Positions 29,814 to 39,074 of a DNA stretch of 64,000 nucleotides are shown here, piece by piece (the stretch's first letter is position 1; every line of letters begins with the position of its first letter). Source of the DNA: Nitrospinales bacterium (GTDB lineage Bacteria > Nitrospinota > Nitrospinia > Nitrospinales > VA-1). The translations under genes and the position numbers were made by a program. The notes below the pieces were generated by a model. The model saw only the letters and a program-made list of their open reading frames with translations, searched no databases and was not told the origin of the DNA. The DNA lies in NCBI GenBank assembly GCA_965223795.1, contig CBDCXL010000002.1, forward strand, positions 32,001-96,000, given 5' to 3'.

Positions 29814-30517
29814 TCGAGCACTCCGTCGCCATTGCGCCGCTTGTCCCAGCGCACCCTGCCGTCTTCCAGGCCGACTTCGCGGCTGACGTATTTGGTGACC
29901 TTCTCGTCGTGGGTGGAAAAGATGAACGCGGCTCCGAGTTCCTGGTTGAGGGCGCGCATCAGCTCCAGAACCTGATAGGAATTCTCCGCGTCCAGGTTGG
30001 CCGTGGGCTCGTCCGCCAGCACCAGACGCGGTTTCTTGACCAGGGCGCGGGCGATGGCGACGCGCTGGCACTGGCCGCCGGAAAGCTCGGACGGTTTCTT
30101 CCCGGCCTGCGGCAAAAGTCCGACCTTTTCCACCAGCTCCATCACGCGCGCTTTCACCTGTGCTTCCTTTTCGCCGTTGAGCAGCAGGGGGAACAGCACG
30201 TTTTCATAGACGGTGTACACCGGCAGCAGGTTGTAGGTCTGAAACACGAAGCCGAGATGCTGCCGCCGGTATTCCGCCAGTTCCTTGCGCGACAGGTCGT
30301 TGAGAGTCAGGTCATCAAAACGGATCGTGCCGGAGGTGGGCGTGTCCAGTCCGCCGATGAGGTTGAGCAGCGTGGTCTTGCCGGAGCCGGAAGGGCCGAC
30401 GAAGGACATGAACGCGCCGGCTTCGATGCTCAAGCTGATGTCGTGCAGCGCCTCGAAGTTCTGCGCGCCGACGCGGTACACCTTGACGATCCGGTCGATG
30501 AGGATCAGTTGCGACAT
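29810..30517 (-). CDS. ABC transporter ATP-binding protein (LolD-like)
   Basis: GPSGSGKT, LSGGQCQRVAIARA, LADEPTANLD, STHD. Confidence 0.95.
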   Translation of the reverse strand: MSQLILIDRIVKVYRVGAQNFEALHDISLSIEAGAFMSFVGPSGSGKTTLLNLIGGLDTPTSGTIRFDDLTLNDLSRKELAEYRRQHLGFVFQTYNLLPVYTVYENVLFPLLLNGEKEAQVKARVMELVEKVGLLPQAGKKPSELSGGQCQRVAIARALVKKPRLVLADEPTANLDAENSYQVLELMRALNQELGAAFIFSTHDEKVTKYVSREVGLEDGRVRWDKRRNGDGVLE

Positions 30518-30539
30518 GAACGTGGAAACGAATGGAGTT

Positions 30540-31727
30540 TCAGAAATAGGCGACCAGCGTCAGACCGATCCGCGATTCGGAGCCGTTGAACACTTCGGTC
30601 TTTCTGAACAGGCTGCCGAATTTTTCCCCGGACTGGGCTCTGCCGCCCCAGCGGCCGTCGAGATAAAGGAAAATTTCATTGGTTATAGCATACTCTATCT
30701 GCGGGGCGATCTGAAAGGTGCCGTCGCGCAGGTCGTAGAGCAGGAACACCTGCCACACGATGTCGATGCCGACGGGCTGATCGAACAACAGTCCGAGCTG
30801 ATGCAGGGTGCGTTTCAAAGTGGGGTCGGTGGGCGTGAAGTTTTTCTCCTGCGTGGTGAAAAAATATTCCAGAAGCACGTGCAGGCCGTCGCCGATGTCG
30901 AAGGTGTAGTCGGCGCCCAGCACGGTGGCGAAACGCACGGCGTCGCTGCCCTGCTTGAGCTCGACGTCGAAGCGGCTTTCATTCCAGTAGGCGATGTTCT
31001 TCTCGCCCTTGAAGTGGTAGCCGAGCTGCACCAGCTCCTTGTCGAAATCGGCCAGGTCGTCGAGATCGGTGCTGGGGTGGTACTGCGCCACGAACCCGGT
31101 TTCGATGTCCGCAATGAGCCCTTCCCAGCGCGCGCCGGCGATGACGTTCTCCCCTTGTTTGCCCGGCACCGCCCAGCCCTGAATGGACGTGGTGTCGTCG
31201 AAGAAATAATCCGCGCGCACGCCGTCCACGCCGCGCGTTTCGGGGACCACGCCGGTGACGTCGCGCGTGTCGAAAAATCCCAGCGGCCGGAAGATGGCGC
31301 CGGAGCCGAACAGGATCTTCTGCCGCCCTCCCCTCACCTTGGCCCTGTCGGTGCCGAAGCGCAGCCAGGCGCGGAAAAAATCCACGTCGGTGGAGCGGCG
31401 CAGCCCGGACTGGACGCTGGGGCCGTCGGCGAGCTTGCCGTCGGCGGACAATTCGTAGTCAAGGCTGTAGGTCTCGTTGCTCCAGGCGTTGCCGAGCACG
31501 CCCAGACGCAGTTCGGCCTCGCTGTCGAAATCCTTGTGAAAGGGCGGCGAGTCGAAGATGTAGGAGCTGCCGGCTTTCACCCGGCCTTCGAAATCCCAGT
31601 CGAAAGCCCAGGCCTGGGCGGGAATCAGAAAAAAAAGAAAGAAAGAAAGGAGGAAATACGAAACGGTCAGCTTCCGTTTAGGGTGGCTGCGAGCGTGTCT
31701 GCGATGGTTGTGCAAATGGACTTCCAA
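30540..31727 (-). CDS. Putative outer-membrane beta-barrel protein (start uncertain)
   Basis: Signal ending AWA, GRQKI.FG.G, GVDGVR, terminal AYF. Confidence 0.75.
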   Translation of the reverse strand: MEVHLHNHRRHARSHPKRKLTVSYFLLSFFLFFLIPAQAWAFDWDFEGRVKAGSSYIFDSPPFHKDFDSEAELRLGVLGNAWSNETYSLDYELSADGKLADGPSVQSGLRRSTDVDFFRAWLRFGTDRAKVRGGRQKILFGSGAIFRPLGFFDTRDVTGVVPETRGVDGVRADYFFDDTTSIQGWAVPGKQGENVIAGARWEGLIADIETGFVAQYHPSTDLDDLADFDKELVQLGYHFKGEKNIAYWNESRFDVELKQGSDAVRFATVLGADYTFDIGDGLHVLLEYFFTTQEKNFTPTDPTLKRTLHQLGLLFDQPVGIDIVWQVFLLYDLRDGTFQIAPQIEYAITNEIFLYLDGRWGGRAQSGEKFGSLFRKTEVFNGSESRIGLTLVAYF

Positions 31728-32827
31728 TTGTACGTTTCCAGGACCGCCTTGCGTCCGTTTTCGCCAAGCCGTTTGCGCTCCTCGGGATCGGCCATCAGCT
31801 CGGCGATGGGCTGCACCCAGTCCTGCGCGCTCTGCGAGTGGATCAGCCTGCCGCTCTCTGTGGACTGGATCAGGGCGTCCATGCCGCCCACCGCGTTGCA
31901 GACGATGGGTTTGCCGCAGGCCATGTAATCGAAAATCTTGAGCGGCGAGATGCCGGGCTTGTCGGAAAACGAGCCCAGGCAGACGTCGGCCGCATTGATA
32001 TAATACGGCACTTCTTCAAAAAGTTTGCCGCCAAAAAGGGTGACGGCGCGTTCGAGGCCGTTTTCCCGCACCATCTGCTCGACCTTCTCCCGCTGCTCGC
32101 CCTCCCCCACGATCATGAGGCGGATTCCCGGTATGCGTTCGATCAAAGCCGGCATGGCGCCGACGATCTGGTCGAGCCCGTGCCAGCGCCTGAGCGATCC
32201 GATGAAGATGAGGTGCGGCGCGTCCGCATCGAGAGCAAGCCGCTCGCGGCAGCGGTCCCGGTCCATCGGCTGGAACAGATCCGGGTTGGCGCCGTTGGAG
32301 ACGACGCAGAAATGATCTTCCTTGAGCCGGTATTCGCGGCAGAGGATTTCCTGCAACTGTTTCGAGGAGGTCACCATCTTGTGGGCCATGCGGAACACGA
32401 TGCGCTCCATGCGGCGGTTGAGTTTAATCCACCACTCGGGCTGGTTGTGGATCTTCTGCTCGATGAAATTGAGGCCGTTGACCTCGATGACGTATTTGAA
32501 ATCGAGCAGGTAGCGCAGTCCGGTGACGATCCACTCCATCGGCTGGTGGCGCGTGTACACGACGTCCGGCCGCGTTTTCCAATAGTGAGCGAGGAAGTAG
32601 AAAAACAGGAACAGGTAAAACGAGAAAAAAGTGACCGCCGGGTGGCGCCATCCCACGGGGACGTACACGGTGCGGAAGCCCTCATGCTGGGGCCGCGCGC
32701 CCATGTCCGGCACGAACAGGGTGACGTCGTGCCCGAGCTTAACGAACTGCTTGCAGAATTCAGTGACGTGCCGCGAACTGGCGTCCATGTAGGCGATGTC
32801 GATGCGGGCAAAATAGAAAATTCGCAT
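31667..32827 (-). CDS. Glycosyltransferase family 4 (GT-B)
   Basis: IEVNG, VSNGA, SPLKIFDYMACGKPIV, YNW. Confidence 0.92.
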   Translation of the reverse strand: MRIFYFARIDIAYMDASSRHVTEFCKQFVKLGHDVTLFVPDMGARPQHEGFRTVYVPVGWRHPAVTFFSFYLFLFFYFLAHYWKTRPDVVYTRHQPMEWIVTGLRYLLDFKYVIEVNGLNFIEQKIHNQPEWWIKLNRRMERIVFRMAHKMVTSSKQLQEILCREYRLKEDHFCVVSNGANPDLFQPMDRDRCRERLALDADAPHLIFIGSLRRWHGLDQIVGAMPALIERIPGIRLMIVGEGEQREKVEQMVRENGLERAVTLFGGKLFEEVPYYINAADVCLGSFSDKPGISPLKIFDYMACGKPIVCNAVGGMDALIQSTESGRLIHSQSAQDWVQPIAELMADPEERKRLGENGRKAVLETYNWKSICTTIADTLAATLNGS

Positions 32828-32856
32828 GGCGCGGCGGCGGGGGGATCAGGAGAAGC

Positions 32857-33921
32857 TCACGCGGGTTTGGAGGATTCGCGCACGATCTTCCATTCTCCGC
32901 CTTCTTTTTTCCAGATGAGGACCTTCTGCCGGATGTCGGAGAAGCTGTCCGACTTGAAGCTTTCGATGAACGTCATCTCGATGGTGTCGCCTTTTTCCTG
33001 AATGATGACGTCGTTGACTTCGACCACGATGCCGTTGTTCTGCTTGAGGAACTGGGAGCGGTCTTTCTGCCAGTCCTTGTAGGGCACTCCGTCGCCCATG
33101 AACTGGTTGGAGTAGAAGGAAAAATAGGCGTCCATCTGTTTTTTCTGCCAGGATTCGAGCCAGTCGAGAAACTGGGTCAGGACCACGTCGATGGAATTTT
33201 CCGCGCTGCCCTGCGGCGGTTGCGCGGCCGGGGCCTGGGGCGGCGCGGGCGGTTCGAGCTTCACCATCTCAACCGGTTCGCCTTTCACGGGCTCAGGGGC
33301 CGCGCTGGTCTGTGATTCCTGAATGGGAACGGCCGGGACCGGTTCCACTTTGGCCTGTTCATGGTTTTTTGTATCCACGGCAGGGGCCGCGGGCGCTTGC
33401 GCGACCGTATTCTTCTGCGAAACGGGAGCCGTCCCAGTCTCGGTTTCCGGATTCATCGCCAAAACTTCAGGTTCGTCGCCCTCGAATGCCTTCTTGAGAA
33501 ACGCGGGCTTTTTCACCACCGGCTTTTTCGCTGCCGTTACCGGGTTTGCCGGCGCGCCGCTCTCCACCGCCGCATGGCGGGTACGCACGAGAATGGACTG
33601 CATCTTGTGGTTCTGTTCGAGCGCGGCCTTGGCCTCCAGCGCTTCCTGCCGGGTAGAATACGGCCCGACGCGGACCTTGTACCAGAGTTCGGCGGTCTCG
33701 ACGGTGTAGGTTTCGTATCCGTTTTGTTTGAGCCTGCTGCTCAGCCGCTCGGCATTGGCCTTGACGCGGAAAGAGTTCATCTGCAGGGCGAACGACACTT
33801 CGCCGCCGTGGCTGGCCGCGGGCGCGAGCCAGAAACACAGGATCGCCAGCGCCCACGCGCTCAGGATCGGATTTGCGGCTCTGGATGAAATGGGCAACGT
33901 CTTTGGCTGGCTGGCTGTCAC
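32857..33921 (-). CDS. Secreted SPOR-domain protein with C-terminal NTF2-like domain
   Basis: ALQMNSF...WYKVRVGPY SPOR domain; W..SW....Y.SFYS...K.L.W.....WKI..E tail. Confidence 0.8.
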   Translation of the reverse strand: MTASQPKTLPISSRAANPILSAWALAILCFWLAPAASHGGEVSFALQMNSFRVKANAERLSSRLKQNGYETYTVETAELWYKVRVGPYSTRQEALEAKAALEQNHKMQSILVRTRHAAVESGAPANPVTAAKKPVVKKPAFLKKAFEGDEPEVLAMNPETETGTAPVSQKNTVAQAPAAPAVDTKNHEQAKVEPVPAVPIQESQTSAAPEPVKGEPVEMVKLEPPAPPQAPAAQPPQGSAENSIDVVLTQFLDWLESWQKKQMDAYFSFYSNQFMGDGVPYKDWQKDRSQFLKQNNGIVVEVNDVIIQEKGDTIEMTFIESFKSDSFSDIRQKVLIWKKEGGEWKIVRESSKPA

Positions 33922-34254
33922 GGTAGGGACTCCCCCAATATCGGTTTCTCTCGACCGGGCCGGACTGGATCACGCGCGACAAAACGTCCGGAAAATCGCA
34001 CGTTGCCCGTAGGCCCATAGTTTCAATGTATTATATGGTAATTATTATATAACATTATGGTTCCGGGAACAGCCAAAAAATGAAGGATTTTGCCCAAACG
34101 GGTAAAAAAATCAGTGTGAACGGAGCGTCTTGCGGGGTCGGGACGGCCCTCCCATGCGGCTGGAAGGGGCCGATTGAGCGGTCTCGGCGGGTGACAGGGC
34201 GGATAATCCACCCAGGAAAAATGAAATTATCCCTTTCAAATAATGGGTTTAGGC

Positions 34255-34292
34255 GATAATCCGGGGACTTCCCATGAAGTCCCCGGATTATC
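34255..34292. repeat. Perfect 17-bp inverted repeat
   Basis: GATAATCCGGGGACTTC-CCAT-GAAGTCCCCGGATTATC just after the stop of 34302..34790. Confidence 0.8.
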
Positions 34293-34301
34293 CGGCCCTG
34301 G

Positions 34302-34790
34302 TTAAAGCAGTTTCTTAAGATAAGGAACCAGCTGGTCCGCACCGACGGAGGGGGAGCGGGCCTTGAGCTTGCCGTCCTTGTCGATGATCAGCACGGTCGG
34401 CATATCTCTTTGAATATAGGCCTTGTGTACGGATTGTCCTGGGTCGAGCAGATAGGTGAACTGAACCGGCCTGGGGAACCCGTCCAGGTACTCGGTCACC
34501 GCCTTTTTGGAGTCGCCGCTGGTGTTGATGCCCAGGATCACCAGATCCTCGGACGGCACCTGCTCGCGCACTTTGTTGAACTCGAGCGCCTGGTTCATGC
34601 AGGGAACGCAGATGTGGAACATGCCGATGAGCACCACTTTTCCCTTGAGCGAATCCAGGGAAACGGCGTCGCCGCCGGTCACGGGACTCAGGCTGAACCC
34701 GGGCGCCGCGTCGCCCGCGGTGGGTGTGCCTGCCTGTACCGGCAGGCTCCATAAAAGAAAAACTGTCAGAAAACTCAATAATTTAGTCAT
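34302..34790 (-). CDS. TlpA/peroxiredoxin-like thioredoxin-fold protein
   Basis: Signal peptide, APGFSL, CVPC, MPTVLIID. Confidence 0.85.
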   Translation of the reverse strand: MTKLLSFLTVFLLWSLPVQAGTPTAGDAAPGFSLSPVTGGDAVSLDSLKGKVVLIGMFHICVPCMNQALEFNKVREQVPSEDLVILGINTSGDSKKAVTEYLDGFPRPVQFTYLLDPGQSVHKAYIQRDMPTVLIIDKDGKLKARSPSVGADQLVPYLKKLL

Positions 34791-34954
34791 GGTCTGGTTT
34801 TTTTGAATAAATCGGGTGATTGATTCTCTTTATCTGGAGTCGTTGTTTTCATTTTAAAACAGCCGAAGCCGCCGGAAAAGTCATTTCGTGCGCATTTTCA
34901 CACCCATTCCCGGTTTTCCGGCTGCTTGCAAATGGTTGGGAAATTGCCTCTACC

Positions 34955-34983
34955 TTGACAGCGAAACTTTGATATTATATTAA
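34955..34983 (+). promoter_or_regulatory. Sigma70-type promoter
   Basis: TTGACA followed by an AT-rich TATATTAA at suitable spacing. Confidence 0.5.
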
Positions 34984-35016
34984 AACAAGAGTCCTTAAAT
35001 TCTCCCGAATCCAACC

Positions 35017-35703
35017 ATGCACAAATACCTGTTACCGATCTTTCTTGTTCTGGGATGGCCCGGTCCGGCCTATTCCGGCACCATCGAAGGCACGGCCACG
35101 TACACGGCCAAGGTGGAACTGCCCAAAACGCTGAGCACCGGCAAGTACCGCAAAGCCTGCGGCCCCGAGGTGCCCAACGAAAAGCTCCTCGTCGAGAACA
35201 ACGGCTTGAAGAACGTGGTTCTCACCATCGAGGGAAGCAAATTGAAAGGGAAACCGGGCGAGCACAAGCTCCATCAGGAGAAGTGCCGTTACGAACCGCA
35301 TGTCCTGGTGATGATGAAGGGATCGGAACTGGAAATCACATCCGCCGATCCGATCAACCACAACATTCACACGTATTCGTTCGACAACGACCCGATCAAC
35401 ATCATGTTCATCCCGGACCAGGAGCCTTACACCCAGGAGATGGAAGAGCCCGAAATCATCAAGGTGGAGTGCGACCTGCACCACTGGATGACCGCCTGGA
35501 TTCTGGTGACGGACAATGCTTTTTCCGGCATTTCGGACAAAACCGGGGCCTTTTCCATTGCGGACGTGCCTCCGGGAGAGTACACCCTCAACGCCTGGCA
35601 CGAAGTGCTGGGCAGCATCAGCAAAAAGATCAAAGTGGGTGACGGCGTCACCAAAGTCGATTTCGATTTTTCCAAAATGCCTCCCCAGCTTTCGAAAAAA
35701 TAG
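35017..35703 (+). CDS. Secreted cupredoxin-like plus carboxypeptidase-regulatory-like protein
   Basis: Signal peptide, HNIH, CDLHHWM, VPPGEY.L.AWHE. Confidence 0.82.
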   Translation: MHKYLLPIFLVLGWPGPAYSGTIEGTATYTAKVELPKTLSTGKYRKACGPEVPNEKLLVENNGLKNVVLTIEGSKLKGKPGEHKLHQEKCRYEPHVLVMMKGSELEITSADPINHNIHTYSFDNDPINIMFIPDQEPYTQEMEEPEIIKVECDLHHWMTAWILVTDNAFSGISDKTGAFSIADVPPGEYTLNAWHEVLGSISKKIKVGDGVTKVDFDFSKMPPQLSKK

Positions 35704-35752
35704 TGTCGATCGCCGGGTTTCCATAAAATCCTGTTTCTGGAGTACACGCACC

Positions 35753-36604
35753 ATGAAAATCACGCCCCGTTTTCTGCCGCTGGTTCCCGCCCTGCTCGCC
35801 TGCTTTTTTTACAGTACACAGGCCGGGGCCTATCAGGAAATCGAAGTGAAGAACGGCGGAACCATCCAGGGCAAGGCTGTTCTGAAAGGCGTCATGCCGC
35901 CGCCCAGGTGGTACCACCTGGTCCTGTTTCCCAACATCGACATGTGCGCCGAAGTGGAAACCGATGAAAACATGAACCGGGTGCTGGACGACTTCAAGAT
36001 TTCCGAGGACGGCGGCCTCAAGGACGTGGTGGTCACGCTGGAGCAGGTGGATGCGGGCAAGCCCTGGAACAAGGAACCGATCATGATCGATTCGGAAAGC
36101 TGCAAGTTCACTCCGGACGTGAACGTCATCCGCCAGGGCGAGAAGTTCAAGGTGAACAACGTCGATGCCGTGATGCACAACAGCCAGGTCTATCAGAAGG
36201 AACGCGGCAAGATCATCCTCAACATCCCGATCCCCGCCGAGGAAGTGTCCGACGGCATCGTCACCTTCCAGAAAGACTACAAGATCATGCAGATGATCTG
36301 CGGCATGCACGAATTCATGCAGACCTGGGGCTACCGGGTGCAGAACCCTTATTACTATAAGACCAAGATCGACGGCAATTTCAAGATCGAAAACATCCCG
36401 CCCGGGGAGTACACCGTGAACGCGTGGCATTACCTGATGAAGATCCGCAGTAAAAAGGTCACGGTCACCGAAAATGCCGTCATCGATGTGAACTTTGATT
36501 TCGACGGAAACGAAGTCGAGCGGCCGCTTTATGAAACGATCAAGTCCGGCCGCATCAAGCACGAGGCGTCCCAATACAAAGAAAAAGTTTTCGGCAGTAA
36601 ATGA
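35753..36604 (+). CDS. Secreted cupredoxin-like plus carboxypeptidase-regulatory-like protein
   Basis: GGAG RBS, signal peptide, MHNS, CGMHEFM, IPPGEY.V.AWHY. Confidence 0.82.
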   Translation: MKITPRFLPLVPALLACFFYSTQAGAYQEIEVKNGGTIQGKAVLKGVMPPPRWYHLVLFPNIDMCAEVETDENMNRVLDDFKISEDGGLKDVVVTLEQVDAGKPWNKEPIMIDSESCKFTPDVNVIRQGEKFKVNNVDAVMHNSQVYQKERGKIILNIPIPAEEVSDGIVTFQKDYKIMQMICGMHEFMQTWGYRVQNPYYYKTKIDGNFKIENIPPGEYTVNAWHYLMKIRSKKVTVTENAVIDVNFDFDGNEVERPLYETIKSGRIKHEASQYKEKVFGSK

Positions 36605-39045
36605 TCCCTCCTCTCCCGCAGAGCACGTCGAAACCGCCTGGAGCTTTTTTCATTTTTCGGCAGCGATGCCTGAATGCGGCCCTGCTGTTTTTAATCGCCG
36701 TCTTCGTTAGCGGGTTCGATTCCGCATCGCAGACGAAATCCCTTCCCACCACCCGGGACATGCCCGAATCGATCACGGTGGGGGGGAAGGTGTACTACCT
36801 CAAATCCCTCACGAACCCGCTGCGCGACGACCCGGTGTCGCTGCAAAAAAACATCCGCGCCGGCGGCGAGGTTTATTTCAAGCACTGTTACCTTTGCCAC
36901 GGCGACCTGATGGACGGCAAGGGCGTGTTCGGCGACCGGTTTTTCCCGGAGCCCGCGGACTTCACCCACTCCGCCTCGGCGCTGACCCTGCCGGAATCCT
37001 ACACGTTCTGGCGCATCATGAAGGGCGGCCCCGGCCTGCCGGACAAGTTTTCTCCCTGGGACTCGGCCATGCCCGCGTGGGAACACCAGCTCAATGAAAA
37101 CGAAGTCTGGCAGGTGGTCCTGTTTCTGTTTTCGAAAGCGGGCGAGAAACCGCAGGCGGGCGGCGGCGAACCGACGGTGGAACGGGGAAAGGAACTCTAT
37201 CAGGATAAATGCGTCTACTGCCACGGCGAGACCGGAAAGGGAGACGGCCCCGCGGCGGCGACCTCCAGCCCGCAGCCGCGCAAATTCCACAAGGGGCAGT
37301 ACAAGATCCGCAGCACCCCGTTCGGCAAAATCCCCACGGACCAGGACCTGTTCGACATGCTGAGCCGGGACTATCCCGGCACCAGCATGCCGGACTGGTC
37401 GCACCTGTCCGCTTCGGACCGCTGGAGCCTGGTGGCTTACCTCAAGACGCTGTCGAAAAAATTCCAGCGTTTTGTCGACAAGGGTAAAAAGCACAAGCTC
37501 GTGAGCGTCCCGGAGCCGCCGCCGTTCAATCTGGAAAGCCTGAGCACGGGCAAGGAGCTGTACCTGACCAACTGCTCCGGCTGCCACGGCGTGAAAGGCC
37601 GCAGCGACGGCGCTTCGACCAAAAAAATCGTCGATTTCGCGACGGACGCGATCTACCCGAGAAACCTCACCAAGCCCTGGCTGTTCCGGCGGGGCAGCAC
37701 GCGCAAGCAGCTTTTCAAGACGCTGCGCACCGGGCTTTCGGGAACGGCGATGCCGCGTTTCTCCGACCGGGTGTTCAAGGATGATAAAATCTGGGACATG
37801 GTTCACTATGTGGAAACGCTGTCTCCGCCGCGGAAACCGGCCGTGCGGCAGCGCATCCAGGTGAACCGCATTGTGGGCGAGCTGCCCGCGACGCGCATCG
37901 ATCCTCTGTGGAATCACGCCGAATCGTTTTACATTCCGCTGGGCGGCCAGATTCTGGCCCCGGACAAGGCGCCGCACCCCACGGTGCAGGACGTTTCCGT
38001 GAAAGCCCTGCACAACGGAGACTCGATCGCCATCTATCTGCACTGGGACGACCCCTCGGTCGATCCGATCCTGAAAACCCTCACCGCCGTGGAGGAATCG
38101 CCGCCGCCTCCCCTGCCGCTCGCGCTGCGGGCCGATGCCGGTGAAGAGGACCCCCCCGAGGCCGCCCCCGAACCGCAGGAGTTTCCCGATTCCATCGCCG
38201 TGCAGTTTCCCGTGCAGCTCAAGCCCGGCGGGGTGAAACCGTATTTTCTCAACGGCGATGCGAACAACCCGGTGAACCTGTGGAAATGGACCTCGTATCC
38301 GCTGAAAACGCTCGAGATGAACGCGCGCGGCCTCACGCAATGGAGCCCGCAGCCGGAAAGCGGCCAGGCGCTGACCTCCAACGCGGTGTTCGAATTCGGC
38401 CGCTACCATCTGGTGATCCACCGAACCCTGAATACACCGAACTTCTCGGACGACATTCAGTTCCCGATCGGCCAACCGGTGCCGGTGGCGTTCAATGTGT
38501 GGGACGGATCGCAGGCGGAAACGGGATCCAAGAAGGCGGTTTCGAGCTGGTTTGAAATGCTGCTGGAAGAAGTGGCGCTGCCGGTGTCGGTCACCAAAAG
38601 GACGGTCCCGAAACCGGAGCCGCTGCCGGAACTCGCGCCGGAGATGCTGATCGAAGAGACGATGAAAGCCGGCCCTAAACCTGTCGAGCCGCTGCCCGAC
38701 GCGCTTTCCATTCCGGAACCCGAACCTGAGCTTGTGCCGCCCGCGCCAATACCGGCGCCGTCCGCCCCGCCGCTTCCTCCCATTGAGGAAACGCTGAAAA
38801 CCGACCCTGAGCCGCTGGAACCGTTCTCCGAGATGCACTCGATTCCGCAGCCCTTCTTTACGGAGCCCGAGCCGGACGCCCTGCCGCCGATGGGGGAAAT
38901 TCCGATAGAAGAAGAACCGATCCTGGAGGAACCGCTGCCGCCTTCTCTGGCGGAACCCAGGATGCCCGCCGCGGCCCCGCCGCTTTCGGACCCGGATGCG
39001 GAACTGCCTGTCGAGCTGCCGATCCCGCCGCCGAAACACCGCTGA
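36601..39045 (+). CDS. Triheme cytochrome c with EbdC-like (DOMON) domain and Pro/Glu-rich tail
   Basis: CYLCH, CVYCH and CSGCH, each followed by an MP motif; W.D...FPD..AVQFP...VNLWKW...AFNVWDG. Confidence 0.85.
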   Translation: MIPPLPQSTSKPPGAFFIFRQRCLNAALLFLIAVFVSGFDSASQTKSLPTTRDMPESITVGGKVYYLKSLTNPLRDDPVSLQKNIRAGGEVYFKHCYLCHGDLMDGKGVFGDRFFPEPADFTHSASALTLPESYTFWRIMKGGPGLPDKFSPWDSAMPAWEHQLNENEVWQVVLFLFSKAGEKPQAGGGEPTVERGKELYQDKCVYCHGETGKGDGPAAATSSPQPRKFHKGQYKIRSTPFGKIPTDQDLFDMLSRDYPGTSMPDWSHLSASDRWSLVAYLKTLSKKFQRFVDKGKKHKLVSVPEPPPFNLESLSTGKELYLTNCSGCHGVKGRSDGASTKKIVDFATDAIYPRNLTKPWLFRRGSTRKQLFKTLRTGLSGTAMPRFSDRVFKDDKIWDMVHYVETLSPPRKPAVRQRIQVNRIVGELPATRIDPLWNHAESFYIPLGGQILAPDKAPHPTVQDVSVKALHNGDSIAIYLHWDDPSVDPILKTLTAVEESPPPPLPLALRADAGEEDPPEAAPEPQEFPDSIAVQFPVQLKPGGVKPYFLNGDANNPVNLWKWTSYPLKTLEMNARGLTQWSPQPESGQALTSNAVFEFGRYHLVIHRTLNTPNFSDDIQFPIGQPVPVAFNVWDGSQAETGSKKAVSSWFEMLLEEVALPVSVTKRTVPKPEPLPELAPEMLIEETMKAGPKPVEPLPDALSIPEPEPELVPPAPIPAPSAPPLPPIEETLKTDPEPLEPFSEMHSIPQPFFTEPEPDALPPMGEIPIEEEPILEEPLPPSLAEPRMPAAAPPLSDPDAELPVELPIPPPKHR

Positions 39046-39074
39046 GCCCTCAGCCCTGAAACGAAGGCACGCTG

